DNA of 55,098 bases from Candidatus Thalassarchaeaceae archaeon. GTDB lineage: Archaea; Thermoplasmatota; Poseidoniia; Poseidoniales; Thalassarchaeaceae. The DNA lies in the NCBI GenBank assembly GCA_030751995.1, contig JASMFB010000002.1, positions 1 to 55,098 of the forward strand, given 5' to 3'. The notes below the pieces were generated by a model that saw only the letters and a list, made by a program, of their open reading frames with translations, was not told where the DNA came from and made no database searches. Position 1 is the first letter of the stretch, and each line of letters begins with the position of its first letter. The position numbers were made by a program, and so were the translations under genes. This document shows positions 16,540 through 24,266 of this stretch, piece after piece.

Positions 16540-17163
16540 TTAGTCAAAGTCGACCGTGGGTGTACATTCTTCCGGATTTTCTGGGAATGCTAGACAGGGT
16601 CGAATCACCGTCACGCGAAGCACCCAAGAATCTTGGAAATCAAGTAGGCCAACTCCTGTATCCGTACCCATGCCACGACCATCTACTGTCAAGCGCCATA
16701 GACCACTTTCACAGGGATCCAAGTTGCAATCCAATTCTGTTCGTGTCTGCGGATAAGAGCCGTTGTCTGCCATCACTTCGTAAATCGGATTAGATGTATC
16801 ACAATTGGAGCCGCTGTCGTCACACGACAATAGTTCAACATGGACATAACGCTGATCTGAATCCCCGGCATAATAATTGACAGATGTTTGGAAATTGATG
16901 ATGATTTCCTGAACTGTGTGATCAATCGAAATCTGTTCGGTCATCGTTTTCTGAACTTGGGTAGGAAGCGCTCCAGTGCCATCGATAACGAATGTGTGTG
17001 ACAAATCGTAGGGTGTACTCATTTCGCGGACCTCGGGGAATCCCCGGGCACTTTCCATCATTTCTCGTCCAATCACTAGGGAGAGGCATCCAGGCATAGC
17101 CATCGTTACGAAAAGTAACGCCATGATGGCGCTCATCGTTTTTTGACTGCGCAAGACGGGCAT
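16540..17163 (-). CDS. Secreted Cys-rich protein, probable lipoprotein (207 aa)
   Basis: The signal MPVLRSQKTMSAIMALLFVTMAMPGC has a lipobox-like Cys. The ORF-track N-terminus (to 17391) overlaps the upstream gene and was trimmed to the ATG at 17163. Confidence 0.65.
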   Translation of the reverse strand: MPVLRSQKTMSAIMALLFVTMAMPGCLSLVIGREMMESARGFPEVREMSTPYDLSHTFVIDGTGALPTQVQKTMTEQISIDHTVQEIIINFQTSVNYYAGDSDQRYVHVELLSCDDSGSNCDTSNPIYEVMADNGSYPQTRTELDCNLDPCESGLWRLTVDGRGMGTDTGVGLLDFQDSWVLRVTVIRPCLAFPENPEECTPTVDFD

Positions 17164-17169
17164 CGATGT

Positions 17170-17196
17170 CTCCCCTACCCCTTCGGTGTAGGGGAG
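17170..17196 (-). terminator. GC-rich stem-loop (9-bp stem CTCCCCTAC/GTAGGGGAG) between the 896-aa gene and the lipoprotein gene
   Basis: The arms are perfect, with 2 further C-G pairs inside the loop. A CCCCCC/GGGGG palindrome follows at 17215..17225. Confidence 0.4.
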
Positions 17197-17227
17197 GGCA
17201 TTTCTGTCTGACGGCCCCCCGGGGGTG

Positions 17228-19918
17228 TCACTCTTCCTTCTTGCGACGGCGGACGCCACGTCGCTTTGAACTGGAATCTTCCTCGATTGATTCTGATTCG
17301 GGCTCAATCTTAGTGGAAGGTTCAGGTTCATTGAGGATGGTGAAATCACTGCTCGCAGAACGGACTTCATTTCCAACCACGGTGTTGTCAATCATTGCAT
17401 CGACATTGACCTGCTGCCCCGGTAGAACTCCATCTTCGCCTGTCAATTCAAAGATCTCTTCCCGGTAGTCAGCATCCGAGGCAGTTAACTCAACATCCGC
17501 ATCCGACAAATGTCGACGTGATTCAACATCACCAAGGAATGAATCTAAATCGTGACTTGGCATTTCGTCCATGGCTTCACTCAGTTCAGTGGAGGCCACG
17601 GTATCCTCGTCTTCGGGGTCTACCGTGTCAGATGCTTCCGTGGCGAGGATATCTGTCTCCTGGGTATCGAAATAAGCCTCTGCTTCTGTGATATTTTCGT
17701 CCCACTCTCCTTCCCATTGCTCCTCGTTGAAACCGAGAGAACCTGCGTGCTTGTCGAAGCCCTCGTGACCCCGGACAATTTCGCTATCATCTTCTTCTTC
17801 AATCTCAGGCTCAACTTCAGACACTTCTGGTAGTGACTTGAATTTGCGTTCACGGCGTGAATAATGGGTGCTGATATCTTGCTCAGAACCACAATATGGG
17901 CAATGTTCGAGCATCGAAGGAATGGTAGAATTGCAATCGAGGCAATCGTGGAATTTTGCCCTACCGACTCGAAGATCGAAATCACAGTGTGGACAAATGT
18001 CTTCATCGCCCTCAATATCTCCATCACATGCTGGACAAAGGTCGTATGTTTCCCGATCGGCATCCGCCAATCCACGTCGAGTGAGAACAACGGCACCAAT
18101 CAATGCAATCAAAGCTACAAACCCGGCAACTGCAAAGAGAAGAATTGACTTAGAGTCGTCCTCTTCACCAACATCTACACCTCCTTCACGCTCTACGTTC
18201 CATTTCTTTGCGTGGGGTGTCACGCTGGTTCCATGAGGTGTGATTGAGAGTTCAATTTCCCCGGGCACCCCCACATCAATCTCACAGCGGATGGTCGCTT
18301 GTCCACCGGTTTCAAACACGAGTGGAGTTGTGGTATCCAGAGTTGTTCCAGTTGCGCGATCGACACAATCGAAGGTTTCCTCACCTGAACCGATATCTGC
18401 GACGGCGTCTATTGAATAGACATAGGTGTATCCAGCGTAAAGTGGTGGTCCGGCAGACCAACCTTCCGTGCCTAGAAGAAATCTTAGTGTAAGGTCAGAA
18501 ATCAGGCTGACTGAAGTGGTTGCAACGTTATCTGTTTCCAATCGATCGTAAGATCCTGGCGTCTTGGTCCAACTTGCCTCAAAGGGAATATCACGTGTTA
18601 CCCCTTCTGCAATAGCAGTGAATGTTGCACTGATTTGGCCCTGATTCCCAGTGTTTGAAGGTGGAATTGAGAGTGCCTTGGTTTCAATAAATTCTCCATC
18701 AAAGGTGGCCGTCAAATCTCCGGTTGCAGTTACCATACCAACATTCTGTAATGTCACTGTAAATGTAATCATGTTACCCGGCGTGGTTGTCGGTGTCTGC
18801 GGTGAGGCCCCCGTGACGACAACGTTGGGTTCCTGATAGATGGTGAGAACGGCTGATTGCAGATTATTGAAGGGATTTGACTGGGGGACATTCCATGATG
18901 AATCGATTTCCAAATCTAGGTGTATGTCGCCTGGTGTAGGATCTGTCAAATCACCGGAAGTGATGGAGACAGAATACTCAGCAAAGGCGTCGGCATCAGT
19001 GAATGATAGATTGACGATTTCCAAAGTTATTCCGTTCTGAATACGGATTTCGAGTGGCGCGGAGGTCGTGCCAGTGCCTCCATCTCGTGCGATGGTGCCA
19101 CTCACCGTCCAAGGACCGGACAAACCGGGGTCTGCCACGACAGTGGGGCCGTCAGCATGTCGGTAATCAGGCAATGTATCGATAATCATAGAACGGGATT
19201 GAGAATTATCAGCAGTGGTCGATTCAACGATATTATCTCCACTGTCTGCATTGACAACGCCGATGATGTCGTATGTACCTGCAGCCGGTGCTGTCGCAGT
19301 TTGGTTCATCCACACACTGTCTCCTGCTTGCAGAGAAGAGACAGAGAGAAGATTGGCACTTCCTGCAACTGTCAGGTCAAGATGGCTGGTAGGGGCATCC
19401 GCATGTCCTGAATTTTCAACCTTGATTTGGATTTGAATCGAATCGCCCTCGTGTGCTCCTGAAGCGGGAGACAATTCAAAATGTGCAAATCGAAGGTTGG
19501 CCAAACCCTCGACATCGAAATCATGGGAGATGATTTTTGGATCATCGTTGTGATTGACTCGAATAACCAGTGTCTGTTCGCCATCGCCCCATGCCAAATT
19601 CGTCCAAACAAAGTTGACATCTTCAAACGAACCTGCATCGATGTCTACAAATTCTAATGCTGAGGGGTTGCCCATCTGGAAGCTGTTCTTGTGGAACTCA
19701 ACAGCGACATCTTCTGCGATGATATTCGCTACATTCTGTAGTGAAAGTGTGAATGTGACGTCCCCTCCTTCAACGGCAGTTGAAGGGCTCATCGAAAGGC
19801 CCTCAGTGCTGAAAGCGACGTCCCCGGACAATTCAGCGCTAACTGAACTGGAGATTGCCAATAACGGCGCAAGGAAGAGGAGAGCGCACAGGATATGTGC
19901 TAGCGGGGGCCGCTCCAT
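17228..19918 (-). CDS. Surface protein (896 aa): signal peptide, CARDB-like beta-sandwich repeats, one TM helix, cytoplasmic double zinc ribbon and an acidic tail
   Basis: The signal peptide MERPPLAHILCALLFLAPLLAISSSVSA starts at ATG 19918. Repeats follow the pattern GGDVTFTLSLQNVANIIAEDVAVEF. The TM helix is ILLFAVAGFVALIALIGAVVLT. Two zinc ribbons follow: CPACx10CPHC and CLDCx11CPYC. Confidence 0.8.
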   Translation of the reverse strand: MERPPLAHILCALLFLAPLLAISSSVSAELSGDVAFSTEGLSMSPSTAVEGGDVTFTLSLQNVANIIAEDVAVEFHKNSFQMGNPSALEFVDIDAGSFEDVNFVWTNLAWGDGEQTLVIRVNHNDDPKIISHDFDVEGLANLRFAHFELSPASGAHEGDSIQIQIKVENSGHADAPTSHLDLTVAGSANLLSVSSLQAGDSVWMNQTATAPAAGTYDIIGVVNADSGDNIVESTTADNSQSRSMIIDTLPDYRHADGPTVVADPGLSGPWTVSGTIARDGGTGTTSAPLEIRIQNGITLEIVNLSFTDADAFAEYSVSITSGDLTDPTPGDIHLDLEIDSSWNVPQSNPFNNLQSAVLTIYQEPNVVVTGASPQTPTTTPGNMITFTVTLQNVGMVTATGDLTATFDGEFIETKALSIPPSNTGNQGQISATFTAIAEGVTRDIPFEASWTKTPGSYDRLETDNVATTSVSLISDLTLRFLLGTEGWSAGPPLYAGYTYVYSIDAVADIGSGEETFDCVDRATGTTLDTTTPLVFETGGQATIRCEIDVGVPGEIELSITPHGTSVTPHAKKWNVEREGGVDVGEEDDSKSILLFAVAGFVALIALIGAVVLTRRGLADADRETYDLCPACDGDIEGDEDICPHCDFDLRVGRAKFHDCLDCNSTIPSMLEHCPYCGSEQDISTHYSRRERKFKSLPEVSEVEPEIEEEDDSEIVRGHEGFDKHAGSLGFNEEQWEGEWDENITEAEAYFDTQETDILATEASDTVDPEDEDTVASTELSEAMDEMPSHDLDSFLGDVESRRHLSDADVELTASDADYREEIFELTGEDGVLPGQQVNVDAMIDNTVVGNEVRSASSDFTILNEPEPSTKIEPESESIEEDSSSKRRGVRRRKKEE

Positions 19919-20051
19919 GAGTTTAGGAGAACAGCCAAGGCACTTCAAACCTGCTTCCGAAATCGCCTGATAACCCCATGCAAGGGACGGCGTTGCGGGC
20001 CCCATTGGAAAGCCTTGAAGGGCGGTGCATATTGTGGGAGGATTGGTGCCG

Positions 20052-21836
20052 ATGCTTTCTCGCCGTGTCTTTCTCTCCACTTTTGTGGTGATTCTGCTCT
20101 GTGCTGTACCACATGGAGCGTGGATGACAGTCGATGCATCGGCAGGTCGGAGCGATGATTTGGACTTCAGTGGCGGCCCCAATGCAGGTCAGGTTGTCTC
20201 TGGAACGTACACGATTCTCATGACCAATGTGGTAGACATGGATTACATCAATATCGAAGTATCCGATGGATCAGTGTGGACTTCAATTGCTAATGTGACA
20301 AATGCGCCTTGGTTGTCTGCTTGGGACACCAGTTCACATAGTGATGGGGATTATCAATTGAGAATTGAAGGGACCTTGGCCAATTCAACCACGACAGGTT
20401 GGGTGGTGAGTCCGACCTTCACCATCGACAACACAGCACCCACCGGTCTCACGTTGAGTACATCTGGGGCAGTGATTGGAGACGGTTCTTCGACAATTAG
20501 CCGGGCATGGTTCACCACAGATGAGGCTGGAACGATGAATTTCGATTGGAATGGCTCAGATTCGCACCTCTCACATGCAACACTCACGAATGTTCCAGGT
20601 TCAGGAAATCCACCACAAGATGGTCCGGGTACAATTCTCAACTCCTGGGCATGGTCTCCTGGTGACTTAACAGAAGGAACATGGAATTCCGTTCTATCGG
20701 TGTTTGATGAAGGCGGAAATTCAGCGCAGACCTCCATTCACATCGGAATTGATCGAAGTGGACCTGAAGTAGGAACGCCATCGCTATCGGTGGCCACGGG
20801 GAGTTGGAGTGATGCAACAACCCTGATTTTCAACGGTTTATCCAGCGGAGCAACAGACAATGATGGATCTGGGATTACCACCTACCACGTACGCGATAGT
20901 ACTGATGAATGGGCAGATATTGGGTCTGCAGGTTCTGGGTCGATGAGTTTGGACGAAGGTGTGCGCACGATTCAATTTCGTGCCGTGGATCGAGTCGGTA
21001 ACATCGGTGATTCACTCGACGTGACGATGATGATTGATCGTTCTGCACCTGTGGCAGGGGGATGGATTCTGCCGGAACTTACAGATTCCCTGAGTGGACA
21101 AGTGGCGGTCAGTATCGATGCAACCGATGCAAATGCCGGAATTGCCACCACCTCATGCAGTATTGAATACGGATTTGATTCCAATGGCGCGGGTTCAACG
21201 CCTGACATTTCTTCCGATTGGCTCAGTGTAGGTTCAGGGACCTCAAACTCACTCTCCGCTGCAATCGATTGGTCTACTCGTGCCGGGCAATTCCTTTCTC
21301 TACGTTCAACACTCGTCGATACGGCAGGAAATACGGTCACCACTCCGGCTTCACATTTCCTCATCTTACCGGGGCTTGACTTCTCCATCTCCGATGCATC
21401 ACTGGATCGCCTCGTTGTACGAGCTGGCTCGCAAGATACGGTCCAACTTGAAGCCAATATCGACACCAACGAAGTCTACCCCGGGAGCGTCGTTGTTCGA
21501 GTTGAAAGTGCCCCAGCGAGCCGTGATTCAATGACTGAATGGACAACCTTGAATTCGGTTGCAATCAGTACGGGGTCTCTCATGGATCAACAAGAGCGAG
21601 TTGTTGTGGACATCACATTGCTGACAGCGGGTGAATTTGACATACGCGTCATCGTTGACCCTGATGACTCGATTTCTGAACGTGACGAGGGTAATAATGA
21701 GGCATTCCTCCTCATCGGAGCAGCGAACCCGGAGGTCATCGGCTCGGTGTCTGGCTTTGCACCAGACCTAGTGCTCTTGCTTCTTGCAGGCTTGTTTGCC
21801 AGTCGAGTACTCAAACGTCGGGAATCGGCGTCTTGA
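20052..21836 (+). CDS. Secreted Ig-like repeat protein with a C-terminal TM anchor (594 aa)
   Basis: The SD GGGAGGA lies 10 nt before the ATG at 20052. The signal is MLSRRVFLSTFVVILLCAVPHGA. Modules end in IDNTAPT, IDRSGPE and IDRSAPV. A CARDB-like end (DEGNNEAFLL) is followed by SGFAPDLVLLLLAGLFASRVLKRR. Confidence 0.8.
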   Translation: MLSRRVFLSTFVVILLCAVPHGAWMTVDASAGRSDDLDFSGGPNAGQVVSGTYTILMTNVVDMDYINIEVSDGSVWTSIANVTNAPWLSAWDTSSHSDGDYQLRIEGTLANSTTTGWVVSPTFTIDNTAPTGLTLSTSGAVIGDGSSTISRAWFTTDEAGTMNFDWNGSDSHLSHATLTNVPGSGNPPQDGPGTILNSWAWSPGDLTEGTWNSVLSVFDEGGNSAQTSIHIGIDRSGPEVGTPSLSVATGSWSDATTLIFNGLSSGATDNDGSGITTYHVRDSTDEWADIGSAGSGSMSLDEGVRTIQFRAVDRVGNIGDSLDVTMMIDRSAPVAGGWILPELTDSLSGQVAVSIDATDANAGIATTSCSIEYGFDSNGAGSTPDISSDWLSVGSGTSNSLSAAIDWSTRAGQFLSLRSTLVDTAGNTVTTPASHFLILPGLDFSISDASLDRLVVRAGSQDTVQLEANIDTNEVYPGSVVVRVESAPASRDSMTEWTTLNSVAISTGSLMDQQERVVVDITLLTAGEFDIRVIVDPDDSISERDEGNNEAFLLIGAANPEVIGSVSGFAPDLVLLLLAGLFASRVLKRRESAS

Positions 21837-21843
21837 AAGAGGA

Positions 21844-21861
21844 GCCCCCGGTCGCGGGGGC
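21844..21861 (+). terminator. Stem-loop GCCCCCG-GTCG-CGGGGGC after the 594-aa gene
   Basis: A 7-bp GC stem starting 8 nt after the TGA (21834..21836) and ending 2 nt before the KH-gene ATG (21864). Confidence 0.4.
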
Positions 21862-21863
21862 CG

Positions 21864-22586
21864 ATGGAAGGCCTCGCCCGAATTCCCCAAGACCGAATTG
21901 CGGTATTGATTGGACGTAAGGGCGCCACGCGTCGGGCACTGGAGAAAGCCACCAAATCATCACTCCACATCGATTCGACCAGTGGCGATGTCTCCGTGGA
22001 ATGGAACGAGGAATTTGATCCAATTCTGCGTATGAAACTCCCCGATGTTATTCGCGCCATTGGCAGAGGGATGAATCCGGAACGAGCTCTTCAGTTGCTC
22101 AATGACGATCATCATCTCAGACTCTATGATATGCGAGAATATGTAGGGAAGAGTCCCAACCAACAAAGACGAATTCGAAGTAGACTGATTGGTCGTAATG
22201 GACGAATTCGAGAATTGATTGAAGAGCATTCGGGTTCAGAAATCGCAATCTACGGTTCCACCGTTGTGATTATCGGTGATGAAGAGGCGCTCCCGTTGGC
22301 TGGTCAAGCGATTGAGAGATTGTTGCAGGGCGCGGAGCATTCGTCTGTTCTGAAGCATCTTGAAACCGAACGCCGCAAGAAACGCATGTCCTCACGCAAT
22401 CTGGAATCCATCGATACTAGAGGTGATAGTGATCGATTTGAGGCACTGGTACCGGGCCTTGATGCTGCTCGACTCAAGAGAGAACGTCGATACAAAGATG
22501 CGCAAGTCAACCCAGATGATGAAGGAGAAGTCGGGGAAATGATGGAACTCGCTGAAGACGAATCGATTGAATACGAAGAAGAATAA
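21864..22586 (+). CDS. KH-domain RNA-binding protein (archaeal Dim2/Pno1-like)
   Basis: IPQDRIAVLIGRKGATRRALEKAT and LIGRNGRIRELIEEHSGSEIAIYG give two KH GxxG motifs. It sits in the conserved archaeal neighbourhood with Rio and aIF-1A. Confidence 0.85.
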   Translation: MEGLARIPQDRIAVLIGRKGATRRALEKATKSSLHIDSTSGDVSVEWNEEFDPILRMKLPDVIRAIGRGMNPERALQLLNDDHHLRLYDMREYVGKSPNQQRRIRSRLIGRNGRIRELIEEHSGSEIAIYGSTVVIIGDEEALPLAGQAIERLLQGAEHSSVLKHLETERRKKRMSSRNLESIDTRGDSDRFEALVPGLDAARLKRERRYKDAQVNPDDEGEVGEMMELAEDESIEYEEE

Positions 22587-23522
22587 TCAGTATAGTACGT
22601 TGGCCATGGCTTCGGCCACATCAACATCAACACCTTGCTTCTGTGCCCATTCAACCAATCTAGTGACATCGCGAACGAGGAATTCCTCCGCATTTGGATG
22701 GGCTTTCGTCACTGCTTGGCCTACGTCGATGATTCGTGGCTCACCCTGGTGCCAGAGGATGTTGTATTCACTGAAATCTGCATGGACGAGGTCCGCTTCT
22801 TGCCAACACACTCGCAACCAATTCAACAATTCATCGAATATGGGTGCTGCATCCTCAACCTCGACATCGCGGAGTCGTGGGCTTGGTCCTTCTGAATTTC
22901 CCAGATAATCCATGACCAGTACATTTCGAAAGAGGGCATGTGGTTCTGGAACACGCAGACCATGCTTGGACATCCTCATCATATTGCGGTGTTCTTTCCT
23001 GACCCAGATATTGACCAGTTCGTGATGACGGCGGCGAAGTCCGCCGAATCTTGGGTCACCCTCAATGTATTGCATTAGTCCTTTGAACACAGCATTGCTG
23101 GTGTGAAAAATCTTCACTGCAGCCACTCCATTGGGTGTAGTAGCATGGAACACGTGCGCTTCTTTCCCACGAGCGATTGGCCAATCAAGGGTGTCGATAT
23201 GCCCCTGTTGCATCAGTTTGTAGATTGCAAGAAGTGTGCGCTGATCGAAAACTTGGTCAAAAACACGACGATCTACCCACTCAAACTTACCCGTGCCTAG
23301 AACGCCCTCCAATCGGTGCTCAATCTCTTTGAAAATCGAAGCGTATTTCTTCTCCTTCATCCACGACCAAGAATCCTGTTTCTTGTCCATTTCAGAGTGA
23401 AGGTGCTTCTCAGCATCAGCGGCATTCCATTTCTCTTCTGCGAGAGCGATATTCTCGGCCTCTATTGAAAGTTCAACTTCCGTGGGGTCCGCATCCAAAT
23501 CGACATTCTCAGAATCTCCCAA
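22587..23522 (-). CDS. rio1: RIO-type serine/threonine protein kinase (Rio1-like)
   Basis: ARGKEAHVFHA, LVHADFSEYNILW and IIDVGQAV. The ORF-track start is TTG. The start is uncertain; see the finding on the orphan SD at 23582..23588. Confidence 0.88.
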   Translation of the reverse strand: MGDSENVDLDADPTEVELSIEAENIALAEEKWNAADAEKHLHSEMDKKQDSWSWMKEKKYASIFKEIEHRLEGVLGTGKFEWVDRRVFDQVFDQRTLLAIYKLMQQGHIDTLDWPIARGKEAHVFHATTPNGVAAVKIFHTSNAVFKGLMQYIEGDPRFGGLRRRHHELVNIWVRKEHRNMMRMSKHGLRVPEPHALFRNVLVMDYLGNSEGPSPRLRDVEVEDAAPIFDELLNWLRVCWQEADLVHADFSEYNILWHQGEPRIIDVGQAVTKAHPNAEEFLVRDVTRLVEWAQKQGVDVDVAEAMANVLY

Positions 23523-23587
23523 TTCCGCCCAATCACGAGACTCGCCTTCGCGACGAGCCTTGCGGCGCCGAGCGATGATTACACCTC

Positions 23588-24190
23588 CTATGCTGGGCCG
23601 AACAGGCTGTCGATGTCGTCGTCAGTTACGTCATCTAATGGCTCTGGTTCAGCCGCCGGTGCGGGTTCAGGTTCATCCGCTACAGGTTCTTCATCGGTGA
23701 TTTCTTCAGTTTCTTCTGCTTCTTCAACAGATTCGACCTCTTCTTCAACCGGTGCAGCCTCCGGTTCGGCATCGTCGCCTCCACCGAAAATACCTGCATC
23801 GTCAAGATCATCCCAAGTTTCGGTTCCGCTGCCAAATAAGTCTACAATTTCAGGCAGGACTCCTTTTCGAGATAGATAGAGGGATTGTGTCTTGGAATAG
23901 CGCTTCTTCACATCGGCTTTGGCATCTTGGAAATCCCAAGGTTGAACGACGATGAGATCTCCTTCACGCACCCATTGGCGCCGGCGCATCTTCCCTGGAA
24001 TTCGAGCCAAACGGGTCTCTCCATCCGCGCAGACGACCCGGACCCTTCGACCGCCCAGAATCTGGTCGGCAATGGCAAACATTTCGTTGATTCTCACATT
24101 GGGAAGTGGGACTCTGATCTTGTCGCTGGAATCGCCTTCAAGCTGCGCGAGCAACTCTTCATCGACTGTTTCCTCTCGACGTCGTCCCAT
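23588..24190 (-). CDS. eif1a: Translation initiation factor aIF-1A with an 80-aa acidic C-terminal extension
   Basis: The S1/OB core is MFAIADQILGGRRVRVVCADGETRLARIPGKMRRRQWVREGDLIVVQPWDFQDAKADVKKRY. The ATG at 24190 is aa 35 of the track ORF. A TATA-like box lies ~30 nt upstream. Confidence 0.9.
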   Translation of the reverse strand: MGRRREETVDEELLAQLEGDSSDKIRVPLPNVRINEMFAIADQILGGRRVRVVCADGETRLARIPGKMRRRQWVREGDLIVVQPWDFQDAKADVKKRYSKTQSLYLSRKGVLPEIVDLFGSGTETWDDLDDAGIFGGGDDAEPEAAPVEEEVESVEEAEETEEITDEEPVADEPEPAPAAEPEPLDDVTDDDIDSLFGPA

Positions 24191-24218
24191 GGTAACAGCC
24201 CGCCGAATCGACCGCCCT

Positions 24219-24226
24219 ACATAAAC
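24219..24226 (-). promoter_or_regulatory. Candidate TATA box (minus strand GTTTATGT) for aIF-1A
   Basis: It lies 29-36 nt upstream of the ATG at 24190, in the 76-nt spacer after nuoN. This is consistent with a leaderless or short-leader mRNA. Confidence 0.3.
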
Positions 24227-24266
24227 ACGGAGGCGCCAAAGAGGGGCGCTATTTGACGGCCTTGGC

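Noticed and set aside
15175-17227. A CRISPR-Cas locus around the Cas4-like gene.
   Set aside because: I saw no direct-repeat array, cas1, cas2 or effector gene here or anywhere else in the window. The gene is a solo Cas4-family member.
17164-17391. N-terminal 76 aa of the track ORF 16540..17391. Likewise the first 88 aa of 17228..20182, 28 aa of 38959..43563, 24 aa of 48720..51203 and 34 aa of 23588..24292.
   Set aside because: These extensions overlap the upstream gene or lie in intergenic hairpin regions. An internal ATG followed by a proper signal peptide or conserved N-terminus gives a better model in each case. The extensions come from longest-ORF or alternative-start calling.
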